This document shows positions 38,694 to 52,998 of a stretch of 64,000 nucleotides of DNA, in pieces; within the stretch, counting starts at the first letter, position 1; each line of letters begins with the position of its first letter. Both the position numbers and the translations under genes were made by a program. Location of the stretch: the NCBI GenBank assembly GCA_963693365.1, contig CAVNZM010000003.1:653006-717005 (forward strand). Reading direction: 5' to 3'. Source of the stretch: Amoebidium appalachense (lineage: Eukaryota > Protista > Ichthyosporea). The notes beneath the pieces were generated by a model that saw nothing but the letters and a program-made list of their open reading frames with translations, was not told the origin of the DNA and did no database searches.

Positions 38694-39527
38694 CCCCCCC
38701 CCCCCCCCCCCCCCCCGTATCTCTCTCTCCCTTGTTTCTGTGGGCACAGATATCTGTAGATCTGTGCACACCTGGCTCTCTTGCCTGATAAGAACTTATT
38801 GTGTTTTATTTCTATTTGCTCTCCTCTGTTTATCTGAGAGGTAGCGTGATTGGCTAGCCTCACTCGTTGTCTTTCCTTTATTTCAAAATGGCCTAGTTTG
38901 TTCTCAAAAGGATGGCTCGCCAATAGTCGCGAGCGAGTACATCTGTAGATTGTGTTGTGCATTCCTGTCTGTTAATATATGTGTGTTGTGATTGGACAAT
39001 AGATATATATGGAATTCGGTTTATTGCAAAGTGTCTTCACTTTGAGAGTGTCGACTGTTAGGAAATATATGTATTTAAATAAGTTTCTTTATAGAGACGA
39101 ACATAAATATATATGTGAGTTAATAGTGACTAGATGTATAATTACTTAATTTATTTAAGTAAGAGTTTCTACACTTTAGTTTAATCGGAAGTTGGAATGC
39201 GTATGCTCTGTCGGAATGTGTTTTTCTATCTTCTGATAGAACCGATTGGTTCTCCCTCTTTAGTTGTGATAAGGTGATAAGTCGCAAGTACAAAAGGAAC
39301 CGAGAGCACAATATAAAGATTCAGTTGTTGTTTGAAATCTTTCAATGTCTCGTGAACAACTCCGATTGCCCTCTCATTAATGTGTTAGTCGTGTTTTTAC
39401 ATGACACCTCTGTGCACTCTGCTCCCTTAGACCCGTACAAAACAACAACCTGCGACCAGGCGACCTGCGGGAAGGGACCTGCGACCAGGCGACCTGCGGG
39501 AAAGGACCTGCGGACCTGCGGGAAGGG
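38441..39527. repeat. 29-bp minisatellite interrupted by the solo LTR
   Basis: GACCTGCGACCAGGCGACCTGCGGGAAGG, about two copies on each side of the LTR. Confidence 0.85.
38505..39447 (+). mobile_element. Copia A solo LTR
   Basis: Full LTR flanked by a perfect 5-bp TSD ACCTG (38500-38504 and 39448-39452). Confidence 0.97.
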
Positions 39528-39939
39528 GGAAGAGAAATGGAGCAAACAACGTGCGTACAGGCTTAAATGGAGAAAAAATTGCAAACCGGATTGGGATTTA
39601 GCCAATCACTATTCGCCGCGCCTGATTATGAAAAAGATATAAATAGATTTCGGCTCGCGCGCGCGCGTGCATCAGCTTGGTGCCCTTAGCGCTACCCTTA
39701 GTGCCCTTAGTCACAACTATCAGACTATAGTTACGTGTCCTCCACTTCTTTGTTCTTGACCATTTTTTCGGCATGAAAGGGTTTCTGTTACTTCTTGCTG
39801 TCCTTCTTAGCGTGCTTGCTTGTCTTTTTTTCAACATGGGTGTCACTGGCGCTTTCGACTTCTTTGAAATCACACACACACACACACACATACACACACG
39901 CGCGCGCGCGCGCGCACGCACACACACTCACACATGCAC

Positions 39940-39975
<36 letters not shown>

Positions 39976-40440
39976 CGCGCACACACAGGCACGCACACAC
40001 ACACAGGCGCACACCTACACAACACACACAGCACAGGCACACACAAGCGCACACACGCACACACCCTGTTATCCCTGATCATGATGCCCCCTCCCCCCTC
40101 CCTCTTCCCCCCCGCGCACCCCCCCCCCCCCCCCCCCCACCCACCCCACCCACCCACCTACAAAGACGAAAACATTGTACATGTATTGCATACACAAATA
40201 TACTCGCACATATACATACACACATTCACTTTTAATCTTTCAGGCTACATGTGCAATATACATTAATTATGCACAGTCGATAGAATTCGTTGTGAAACCC
40301 CCCCCCCCCCCCCCTCCCCCCTCCTCGTTCTCCCCATATGCAATGGGGATAATATTGTTTCCCGCTATTAATAAAAAAAATCACCGTTCTAACTTCCTAA
40401 GACCGAACCACTTGTAACACCGACAGTTTCGGTTGTGTGG

Positions 40441-40475
<35 letters not shown>

Positions 40476-40559
40476 CCCCCCGCCCCAACCCACCCACCAC
40501 CACCTTACCAATATTGAGGTGTACACTGCCCCCACATCCCCAACTGTGTGCTGAATATC

Positions 40560-42490
40560 CCGTGCTAGGAAACCAATAACATGAAAGTAACACATGCCGC
40601 ATGTGGGTAGTTATTGAAAAAACCAATAATGTCTAGGTAACATACTATGTACATATACTATGCTACAAAGGGGGTTCTATACGAGCTACAACGTTGTGTT
40701 TTTTTCGTGTGACCCTCGTACTCCAGGGGCACATTCACCATCCCCCCCATAAACTTTGTGGTAAAGTTCTCGTGCTAGAAGCTGTTCTGTGGGTAGTTAT
40801 TGAAAAAACGAATAATGTCTAGGTAACACATGTACATATGCTATGCTACAAGGGGGGTTCTATTCGAGCTACAATGTTGTGTTTTTTTTGTGTGACCCTC
40901 GTACTCCAGGGGCACATTCACCATCCCCCCCATAAACTTTGTGGCAAATCTCTCGTGCTAGAGGCTGTTCTGTGGGTAGTTAATGAAAAACCAATAATGT
41001 CTAGGTAACGTATGTACATATACTATGCTACAAGGGGGGTTCTATACGAGCTACAACGTTGTGTTTTTTTCGTGTGACCCTCGTACTCCAGGGGTACATT
41101 CACCATCCCCCCCATAAACTTTGTGGTAAATGTCTCGTGCTAGAAGCTGTTCTGTGGGTAGTTATTGAAAAAACCAATAATGTCTAGGTAACACATGGAC
41201 ATATACTATGCTACAAGCGGGTTCTATTCGAGCTACAATGTTGTGTTTTTTTCGTGTGACCCTCGTACTCCAGGGGCACATTATCCATCCCCCCCATAAA
41301 CTTTGTGGTAAATTTCTCGTGCTAGAAGCTGTTCTGTGGGTAGTTATTGAAAAAACCAATAATGTCTAGTAACACATGTACACATATTATGCTACAAGGG
41401 GGGTTCTATTCGAGCTACAACGTTGTGTTTTTTTCGTGTGACCCTCGTACTCCAGGGGCACATTCACCATCCCCCCCATAAACTCTGTGGTAAATTTCTC
41501 GTGCTAGAAGCTGTTCTGTGGGTAGTTATCGAAAAAACCAATAATGTCTCAGTAACACATGTACATATACTATGCTACAAGGGGGGTTCTATTCGAGCTA
41601 CAACGTTGTGTTTTTTTCGTGTGACCCTCGTACTCCAGGGGCACATTCACCATCCCCCCCATAAACTGTGTGATAAATGTTTCGTGCTAGAAGCTGTTCT
41701 GTGGGTAGTTATCGAAAAAACCAATAATGTCTAGGTAACACATGTACATATACTATGCTTCAAGGGGGGTTCTATTCGAGCTACAACGTTGTGTTTTTTT
41801 CGTGTGACCCTCGTACTCCAGGGGCACATTCACCATCCCCCCAATAAACGTTTGGTTATATTTCTCGTGCTAGAGGCTGTTCTGTGGGTAGTTATTGAAA
41901 AACCCAAAAATGTCTAGGTAACACATGGACATATAGTACTATGCTACTATATAGGGGGGTTCTATACGAGCTACAACGTTGTGTTTTTTTCGTGTGACCC
42001 TCGTACTCCAAGGGCACATTCACCATCCCCCCCATAAACTGTGTGGTAAATTTCTCGTGCTAGAAGCTGTTCTGTGGGTAGTTATCGAAAAAACCAATAA
42101 TGTGTAAGTAACACATGTACATATATTATCAGCTACAAGGGGGGTTCTATTCGAGCTACAACGTTGTGTTTTTTTTGTGTGACCCTCGTACTCCAGGGGC
42201 ACATTCACCATCCCCCCCATAAACTGTGTGGTAAATGTCTCGTGCTAGAAGCTGTTCTGTGGGTAGTTATTGAAAAAACCAATAATGTGTAAGTAACACA
42301 TGTACATATACTATGCTACAAGGGGGGTTCTATTCGAGCTACAACGTTGTGGTTTTTTCGTGTGGCCCTCGTACTCCAAGGGCACATTCACCATCTCCCC
42401 TTATAATTTGTGGTGAATTTATCGTGCTAGAAGCTACTCTGTGGGTAGTTAGTGAAAAAACCCGATGTTTATAAGTAACGCATGCACAAA
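40560..42490. repeat. Satellite array, ~183-bp unit, ~10.5 copies
   Basis: GAAAAAACCAATAATGTCTAGGTAAC recurs at about 40616, 40802, 40985, 41167, 41349, 41531, 41714, 41897, 42087, 42272. Confidence 0.95.
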
Positions 42491-42741
42491 TTGTCATCAT
42501 AGCATTACACTACCATAGTAGTTGGTCGACAATAACGATATATTGGGAATGTGGACACCATATTGTAAACCAAAAAATAATAACACCATAATATACTACA
42601 CATACCTAACAATGTATTGTGAATGAATAAAATACTTGCTTACGTGCTGGTAACATACGAGAAACAAGGATTCTCTCGCTCTTTTTTTCTTTCTTTTTTG
42701 TTTGTGTGTGTGTGTGTGCGTGTGTGTGTGTGTGTGTTTAA

Positions 42742-42776
<35 letters not shown>

Positions 42777-43334
42777 CGTTTTGCAGATATATCGACTAGA
42801 GTCCCTCATCAGGGGACACATTCACAGTACTTTATTAAGATCGGCCTTCAAGGCCAAAAAAGCTCGATCTCGAGTAAGATTAGATAGCATTTTATGAGGC
42901 CGGCCAGGCCTTAAATACAAAAAGGAGAAAAAACAACACACAGCTAAACATAGATCTAATATTAGCTAAATCAATCGACACACTGGTACATTGCCTGGAG
43001 TAAACAGCATCTATCCCACTGGTACATGTACTGTCATCATCCAACCAACACCCGTGTAGTACCTTTGTCAAGCGTTCCTACGATACTACATAAGAGAAAA
43101 GAGGGTTATATGTGTACGTGTGTACGTGTGTACGTGTGTGTGTATGTGTGTATGTGTGAGGGAGGGAGGGAGGGAGGGTTGGGAGGGAGGGAGGGAGGGA
43201 GGGGGGAGGGAGGGGGGGAGGGAGGGAGAGAAAGAGAGAAAGAGAGAGAGTGTGCATGTCTGTATGTGTGTGTGTGTGTGTGTGTGTGTTTGCGTGTGTG
43301 TGTGAGTGCATATGTGAGTGTGCATGTGCATGTG

Positions 43335-43386
<52 letters not shown>

Positions 43387-43862
43387 GGGGGAGGGGAGGG
43401 AGGGAGGGAGGGAGGGAGGGAGGGAGGGAGGGAGGGAGGGAGGGACGGAGGGAGGGAGGGAGGGATGGTTGGGAGGGAGGGAGGGGAGGGGGGGAGGGAG
43501 GGAGGGAGGGAGGGAGAGAAAGAGAGAGAGACTGTGTGTGTGTGTGCATATCTGTATGTGTGTGTGTATGTGCGTGTTTGCGTGTGTGCGTGTGTGCATG
43601 TGTGAGTGTACATGTGCATGTGTGTGTGTCTGTGTGTGCATATGTGCATGTGTGTGTGTGTGTGTGTGTATGCGTGTCTGTGTCTGATGTGTGGATGTCT
43701 GTGTATGTTGTGTGTGTGTGTATGTCTGTGTGTGTGTATGTGCTCAGTTGAAAGGGAAGGGGGGGAGAGGGGGGATGCACCGTGTGTGTGCATGTGTGCA
43801 CGTGTGTGTGTGTGTGCTCTGTGGAGAGGGAAGGGGAGGGGGGGAAATGCACCGTGTGTGTG

Positions 43863-43920
<58 letters not shown>

Positions 43921-44063
43921 TTGTGTGTTTGTCTGTGTGTGCATGTCTGTGTGCGTCGTGTGTGGTGTGTGTGTGTATGTGCATGTCTGTGCATGTGTGC
44001 ATGTGCTCGGTGGAGAGGGAAGGGCAAGGGGGGGATTCGTGTCCGTGCATGTGTGCATGTGTG

Positions 44064-44110
<47 letters not shown>

Positions 44111-44340
44111 ATGTATGTGTGTGTGTATGTGCTCAGTTGAGAGGGAAGGGGGGGGGGGGGGGATGCACCGTGTGTGTGCATGTGTGCACGTGTGTGTGTG
44201 TGTGTGCTCTGTGGAGAGGGAAGGGGAGGGGGAGGAAATGCACCGTGTGTGTGCATATGTGTGTGTGTGTCTCTGTATGTGTGTGTGTGTGTGTTGTGTG
44301 TTTGTGTGTGTGAGCATGTCTGTGTACGTCGTGTGTGTGT

Positions 44341-44414
<74 letters not shown>

Positions 44415-44555
44415 GGTGTGTGTGTGTGTCCCGGTGTGCATGTGCGTGCGTGTGTGTGAGTGCATGTTTTTGGAGTGCATGTTTTTGCATTGTGTGCGAG
44501 CATGTGGATGCCTTGGTGAGAACAAGATTGGACGGTGTCGAATGCTGTGTGTGTT

Positions 44556-44589
<34 letters not shown>

Positions 44590-44764
44590 CTGTGTGCGTG
44601 TGTGTTTTTTTGGGGGGAGAGGGGTAGTAGGAGGACAAGAGGGGGGGGGGGGGGGGGTGGTAAAGAGTACGAGAGAAAGGGGTAGAATTTCAGACATGTG
44701 GAGGCTTGAGCAAAAGCAGGTTAAGTCCATAATGGGTAAAACCGGCGCTGGAACGAGAGGGGAA

Positions 44765-44795
<31 letters not shown>

Positions 44796-45327
44796 GATGA
44801 TGTGTGCATTCGAGGGTGGCAGCCAAAGAAGCAAAGCATCGCAAAGGACATTGGAATAGAGGGACACAGGACCAAAACAGGATCAATGGGAGAAGAGGGA
44901 AAAAAATTAATAGTTATCGGGGAGGGATAAGAAGAAATACTGCAAGTAATCGAGGCGAACAGGTATGGGGGGAACCGGGCAGGAAGAAGGGGGGGGGGGG
45001 GGGGGGGGAGTGAAGGACGAGAGGGTGGGTCACAAGACAGAGATTATTCAGTACAGACTAAGGCTTCAGTCGGGAAGGGAGGGGGGGGGGGGGGGGAGGG
45101 GGGGGGGAGGGGAGAGGAGGGGTGGGGGGGGGTCATAAAAGGACAAGGAAAGGAGGTGATTTCAGCAACCAGTCGAGGCTTGAACAAGAGTAGGTGAAGT
45201 TTGTAACGGTTAGCAAAACTGGTGCTAGAACGAGAGAGGAAACACACAGTGAAACGTAAAAGAGGGTAGAGAGTTGAGAGGAAGAAGGGGAAGTTTGTGT
45301 GTGTGCGTGTATGCATGGGTGGGTGGG

Positions 45328-45452
<125 letters not shown>

Positions 45453-45764
45453 TTACACTGGCAGCGTCCGTGGTGATGGTTTGGGGGGGAAGGGGGTGAG
45501 GGGAGTGAGGGATGTTTCGAAGAAAGAAAAGTATTGCAAGTAACAAGGGGGCATAAAGACATAGGACTAAAACAAAATGGAGGGGGAGGAGGGGGGGATG
45601 CTGTAAACTTTGATGCGTCTCGGGGACGTGTGTAGGGACTGCGAGTTCTCTGAGATTTGCATTGGGACGTGTGTAGGGACTGCGAGTTCTCTGAGATTTG
45701 CATTTCAGAATTTTCACTCTATTCCTCCAGGTTTTTTTTATATTTTTTTTAGGGTTGGGTTGGG

Positions 45765-45858
<94 letters not shown>

Positions 45859-47272
45859 GTCATTACTTTCCTGTATTATCCTTTATGCTACTTCAAGTTT
45901 TATACCCTACCGCTTACACAGGATGTAGGCTGGTGAAAGGTTTAATGGTGGGACGTTCGGTGACGTTTGTACCACGGACCACGGGAACATCTTCCCCAGG
46001 AACAGTATTCAAAACAAAGAACTTTTATATTTTGAGGTGCTAAAAACGTGAGGACCACTTGTTATGGCCGTTGCCCTTCTCAATCTTGGTACGGAAATGC
46101 ACCCATATTATACTGCAAATGTATTGTATATGACGTGTGTATATCGTACAGGTACTGGTAGTATATTGATAGTACCTCCTACGTAATGATTTGTTCGCAT
46201 TCGAACATACTGGCAGTATATACTGAGACTATAACCAATATATGGTGTCCTTAGCTGTGTCCGTATTGGTGACAGTATTATAGATGTATTCGTGACATTG
46301 CCAATACCACTTGTGCCTTAGATATTCGCAATGGGATAAAAGTTGTCTTGCTATATCATGTTTATGTCCTACTAATATGGATGTGATATGGGTAGGATAT
46401 GATCTACATAATGTCAGTATATGTCCACCCTAATACCACGGTATTAGCAATGTACTGCGCATACAAGGACTACACTCCGAACATGTTTGTTGAACATGTG
46501 TTGGCAATACATTCACAATATTGCAACTACATAGGTAAAGTGACCTGTTCTTTCATCCCCAATAATGTACCAATATATTGGCAATAAAATACACGCCCCA
46601 TATTTTCGGTTGCTTTTACCTATTGATAATAGGTGCATAATAGTCTTGATATTGTGACGGATACATTGGCAATACATTTGGACCGTATTGAGACCCTATT
46701 ATAAGCATATCACAACCCTAAAACCAATAGCGACGTTATGTTTGTATCGGCCATATGGGACATATGTGTTGGGTATATTGCCAATAACCCAAAATGGTCA
46801 GGAATAATACATTCATAATATATTGGCAATAGTCTTGCCACGTTGGACAATACCATAATTTGACACAAAATTATCCTACATTTTATATATTCATAACTTA
46901 TTGACAATACTCCGCAAGCAATAGTATAATACCGAATAAATACATTGACAATATCGAAATTGTATTGTTAATAGGCACACGTACACGCGTTTTGAGATAT
47001 TGCCAGTACATTACTCATACGGTATATAGTTATTGGTGGTAGACCCGGCATGGTATGACAATAATATCAAAATATGTTGCCGATATTACGTCAATATTAC
47101 AGTTCTTAGACTATTACACTTCTATAGCGTCTCTACCACAGAAAATCTCTACTCGCAATACATTGGCAATGGATAATTGATATTACTTCAGTATTAATCT
47201 GGTATTTTTACGATATTGGCAATAGATAATAGCCTCACAATATTGGCAATACCGCCGGGAAGTTTGCTGATG

Positions 47273-48444
47273 GATGAGCGTAGCCGTGACCGGGTTGGGC
47301 CATATCTCCGCTTGAGGCAACCGGCCAATGAACTGGGGCGTCCGACCGATAATCCGTAACTGACGCCCCGAAAGCCGAACGAAACTGCGCCAATTTCCCC
47401 GCGTAGGGCGGCATACACTGGCCGCACCAACGTCAGCACGTGGGGAGTGGCAGCCCGCAGACTCATGACCACCCCCAACTTCCACCGGGCGACTTGCTTC
47501 TTTTCCACCCATCGCTTGCCCTTGCGAGCCTTGGCCATCACCCGCTTGGTCTCCTCCACCAGCTTCTCCATAGAGGTGGCGGTAGGGGCCAACACACCCG
47601 CGGCAAGGTCGACATGGATGCCTAGATGGTCGAGATGGTCGGTGGGCTCCCACTGGCCCTTCTCCGTATTTCGGCTCAGGCCCGTTGCCTCGAGCTCCCC
47701 CTCAACAACATGTACACCGCGAGTTTGCAGCGCCTTAAGTGGCCGTTCGACGACCAACTTGAACCAGTCGTCCAAGAACGCTAACGTGCGCACACCGCGC
47801 CGGTGAAGACGCCGACCGAACTCCTTCATGAGCCGCGTGAAGTAGAATGGCCCGGGGCTGAGGGAATAGCCGAAAGGCAGCACAGTGTACTGATACAGCT
47901 GGCCGCCAACCCGAATCTGAAAATATTTACGCCACCGTGGCGCAACTGTTGCCAGCGCAAAGTAGCCGTCCTCCAGGTCGAAACTGAAGCCGTGGTCACC
48001 TGGCTGAGCAATGACCTGCAGGTCACTGAGCGTCTCGTACTTGAGGCCCCGCTGTACGGCATACTCATTCACTGGGCGCATGTCGATTATCAGCCGCACT
48101 TTACCGTTTGGTTTCCGCACCCCAAACGTGGTCGACACGCAATGCTTCCTGGACTCGTCGATGGGTTCAAACGGTGCGCCCTTACCCATTAAACGCGCAA
48201 CTTCCACCAACGCCTCCTCCTCCGAAACTTCGCCCAAGTCTAGGTACCTCCCCATGTCGTGGGGAGGTGGCGGCTCAGCGCACCATTCGGGTGTGATGCC
48301 ATACTTAGTCCAGAAGAGCACGTCCTTGGCTGCTCCACCGCGCGCCCACTCATCGTGGCACGCACGCACCCGTTGATAGAGCGGTGCAGGTGCTACCCCG
48401 CCCACTGGCTTACTGGGAGCACACATAACCGGCCGCCCCCGCAC
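47273..48444 (-). pseudogene. DIRS-type reverse transcriptase
   Basis: VRKPNGKVRLIIDMRPVN, LKYETL, SFDLEDGYF, YQYTVLPFG, FLDDW, NTEK..P..LDHLGIHVD; frameshift in the 3' part. Confidence 0.9.
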
Positions 48445-49233
48445 AGACCACTGCTGCCGGGGTCCACACTAGGACTAGAGAGCAGCACACGTTGCTGCTG
48501 TACATGCTCACGCGAGCAGCCCACACGGGCTAACGTCACGCCAGACGTGCCTAGGTGCTTATAGCTACACAAACAACCCCAAAACACAACCCCACTTGGG
48601 TTTTGCAAAAACTCATGAGCTCATCCGGTCTCAATGATCTGCGGTTCCTGGGCCTATCATTATAGCTAAAGTCTAGGGACCTACACGACTGACTATAGCG
48701 CTCACTGCGCTCAAAAGCTTTGGTCTTGGTCACTAGACCGGCCTCACTAACGCGCGCTTCTCCTAAGAGAAGCGGCGAGGAAAAGACTGTTTGAGAGAAG
48801 CGAAAAACACGACTTTTATAGTCGCTTCTACAGGAAGAGATGTGTGATGCCGATCATCACACCATCTTCTTCCGATTGGTGGATAAAATGAGTATTTACC
48901 AAAAATATCATTGTACCCGCTGGCTTATATGGCCGCAGGGAGACAGCACTCAAAGTGACTATACCTGGGGCGAAGATTGGCGTGAATTCCGAGCATATCA
49001 ATTTAAAAGTCATTTTAGACACCAAACTGCTTTTCGATTGCTTTATGGCCGGTCTGATGATGAGAGGCAGCACCCGGCTGCCGTCCCCGCAGGCCCCCAC
49101 TGGGCCGCAAATAAATCACATGTACTGACACCCGGCCCTGGGGCCATACACACGAGATCAATACAGATAAGGCCCTCGGGCCCAAAAACAGAAATCACCC
49201 CCCCCCCCCCCCAGTTGTAGTACGTAGTATCTA

Positions 49234-49430
49234 CATCAGCAAACATCACCCCGAGCTTTTTAGAGTAACATTGTCATCTTTTTATACCATTTTGGGTACA
49301 ACTGTCGTACGAGGGTATACAATGTTACCAGTGTACAAACCCTAAATACAGATTGCTAACATCGTGTTACAATTGTGTGTAACAGTATGGCAGTGGTATC
49401 ACCCTGTATAACACACCGTTACTCTCAGAG
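49234..49430 (+). mobile_element. Left end of a second CATCAGCAAAC-type TIR element
   Basis: CATCAGCAAAC identical to the first 11 bp of the TIR at 36463, followed by an AT-rich tract with repeated GTTAC/GTAAC motifs. Confidence 0.5.
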
Positions 49431-50051
49431 GTGGGGGGGTGGGGGGAGGGGGTGGGGGGGGTGGGGGATGGGATTGGATGTTGAAAAGAGCCGGTAAAGG
49501 GACGGGGAGGGGGGAGGGGCGAGTATACACGTATGGAAATGAATGGTCAACTGTAGGTTGATAGTATTGGGGTTTAAAAAAAAAAAAAAGAAAGGAAAAA
49601 AAACGGGAAACTCAACTACATAATATCGTTAGTAATTGGAATTTCTTATTCAACGGTTCATATGGCGCTTCATAGAGAACGACAACCCCGGTGATATACA
49701 ACACCAATCTACATCTATTAGTATGTGCCTGATCTCATGATGATATAATAACGCTGAGGGGACGGACACATAGAAAATCCCCCCCCCCCCCCCCCCCCCC
49801 CCCCCTTCCCCCCCCCCATACAGTGTCCGTCCGCGCCTATTAGTAAGATCGTCCCGTCCGCTGCTAAGATTCCGTATACTACGCCGATTTTGCCAATATC
49901 TTTAGATTCCGTATACGAGCCCATTTTCCGGAATATATTTGAGAAAATATATCCCCCCCCCCCCCCCCCAAAGGCTCCCCAGCCCCTCAATGACAGAAGT
50001 TCAGAGTAGACAGGGTTTCTAAAATGGCTTTATTATCTCTCTCTCTCTCTC

Positions 50052-50216
<165 letters not shown>

Positions 50217-50885
50217 CACTTGCTCCCTCCCTCCCTCTCTCTCCCTCCCGAGTCCCTCCCTCCCTCCCTCCCTCTCCCTCCCGAGTCCCTCCTTCCCTCC
50301 CTCCCTCCCTCCCTCCCTCCTTCTCCCCCCCCCCCCCCCCCCCCCCCCTCTCTCTCTCTTTACAGTGTCAATTGGGCACTGCATGTACGACTCCGATCCC
50401 ACCTTCCCTCCCGGTCTCGAGCTCCCCCCCTGCGCATGAAATGCGCACGTAGTCCCCCTCCCCTCAGCCCCAAGGGTTTCTCCTCCCCCCCCCACCCTCC
50501 TCCCCCCCGCTCCTCCACATTGGTAACCTCTTTGTGTGACTAACCCTCTAGGTCGCCTCCCCCCCTCCCCCCCCCCCCCCCCCCCCGCCCCCCGGGCCCC
50601 CCAAACACTCATTGGCAACCACCCCGCTGCTCTTCCCATCTCACACACACGTCTCCCCGGCATTCTACCATTCCCACTCACCCCAACCTCCCCCCCCCCC
50701 CCCCCCCCCCTCCCCCCCCCCCCCCCCTCGGGGCCCCCTCAAGATCATGGGTACAACCGGTCGTCTCCGGCTCAGAATTGTCGTAAGATTCCGTCGACAC
50801 CCCCTCAAAACCGTAGAATCTTAATCGCGGACGAGAACTGAGACTGTACTCTCTGTGCCTCGAGGTAAACAGCCCAACCTCCCCC

Positions 50886-50943
<58 letters not shown>

Positions 50944-51174
50944 CCATAGTATTTTTATGTTCAAAACAGATGCACATCACATGTGATACATCAGCATGCA
51001 TCTGTCCAGGTAACCAGACCACTGTGTGAGTGTGACTAATGAACCATTATGATAATGGCATATGTAACCAACCCTCTGTACAGGGTGATATCGATATGTA
51101 CGTCATTTCAATAAATTGATTCTCCACCTATACATCACCTACTCTCAAAGTGGTTGCACGTTAGTTTTGAGGCG

Positions 51175-51525
51175 GCTTTTTAAGCCTAGAGTCTGGTTGA
51201 AACTTGTGTAGCAGTGCACACTTATAAATCATGTTTATAATTACGGTAATATTCAAACACAAGTTCAACTTGACCAACATAAGTATACGGTTCAAGTGCT
51301 TTTTAAACCTAGAACCTGGTTGAAGCTTATGTAACAGTGCACACTTATAAATCATTTTTATACTTACGGCCAACATAAGTACACAATTTCAAGTGCTATT
51401 AAAACCCAGAACCTGGTTGAAACTTATGTAACTGTGCACACTTACACATACGGTGGCATTATTATTATTCAAATCTATAATTACGGTAACATTCAAACCC
51501 AAGTTCAACTTGGCCAACATAAAAA
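51175..51525. repeat. Degenerate tandem repeat (~100-120 bp, 3 copies)
   Basis: AACCTAGAACCTGGTTGAA(A/G)CTT(A/G)TGTA..GTGCACACTTA near 51182, 51305 and 51402. Confidence 0.75.
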
Positions 51526-51592
51526 ACAATTTCTAAGTTACTGAAATTCAAATCAAAAACCTGTGGCCTAAGCCAATTACAAATTCAACAAT

Positions 51593-52486
51593 CTATCGGG
51601 CCTCACTCTTTGCGTTCACCCTACTTGAAGGCTCTATCCGTGACGTCCACCTAAACCACCTTGCAGAATTTATGTTCGTGGTGATGTCCTTGAGTGCTTG
51701 GGGTCGGGATGGTATCTCCCACCTGGCCTGTAAAAGTTGCGTACTGAACTGATCCAAAACCTGAACTGAGACCACCAGTCTCACCATAGATGACCACCCT
51801 ACGGACGCCGAGAATACATGATTGGGGTTGTAGATGGTGTAGGTCAGACACACAGCAAAGGCAAGCACTAATATGGTCATTGCCCGGACATTTGAGTACA
51901 TGTCGTTAAATTTCAGAGAAGCGTGCCGTGCACGGTAGAAATAATAGAAGAGAAGGGGAGCCCAAACAGCAGCCAAGCCAGCAAGCCCGGAAACCCCATA
52001 CCTCACCCCCCGAGGATGAAACCCGTCTATGGCCAACCAACAAATCATCGGTGATATGGTGACGACATATGCAAAAACGGCCCACTTTCCCGCCCAAAAT
52101 ATCAACTGCTTATTGGTGAGCGGTAGTATTTTTGTACTGTACGCATGGGTTATGATTTGCTGGCGGAGCGCAAGTGTAGCAAAATAGATGGAGACGAGCC
52201 CGATTGTGATGGCAAAAGACACAAACACCAAGATGCCCGCAATTTTCACCTGATGGTTTAGGACTTTAGGATCTCGATAGTCAAGTTCGAGTGGGAACTG
52301 GTTGAGTTGCCACAGTGTTGTTGCAGCCATCAGAAGAGAACTGATAATCAGAATCGAGGAAACGGAAAAGATTAGAACGAGGTAGAGGTAGCCGCGGGAA
52401 CGGACCACGGGATGGTGGCGATGCTTAAAGACAGCAAATGCCATCAGAATGATGAGAAAGAGTGGCACAATGGCGAAGACCACCTG

Positions 52487-52554
<68 letters not shown>

Positions 52555-52719
52555 CGCGCGCGAGTGCGCGTGCATGCGTGCCGATTTCCAACAGCTTGAT
52601 GACAAGTTATAAATGGTAGCTGTTAGCAAGTACTCTTCAGATTGAATGGCCTACAAGTGCGTAATCGCACGTGCATACATGGTCACGGATGGTGGTACCG
52701 TTTGTGTGTGACAGTCACG

Positions 52720-52784
<65 letters not shown>

Positions 52785-52956
52785 CGTGTCACAGTGTGTA
52801 ACAGTGTTTGTGTGTTAGTGTCGCAGACTGTGTGTACATGTGAGTACCATGTGTGTGTGTGTGTGTGTATGTGTATGCGCGCACACACACTAGCTTGCAT
52901 ACGTGTGTGTGTGTGTGTGCGACACTGTGCCAATTTGTGCGTGTGTTTGTGACCGT

Positions 52957-52998
<42 letters not shown>

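Noticed and set aside
40560-42490. CRISPR-like array or 61-aa repeat protein
   Set aside because: No unique spacers, no cas genes, eukaryotic context, and stop codons in the units.
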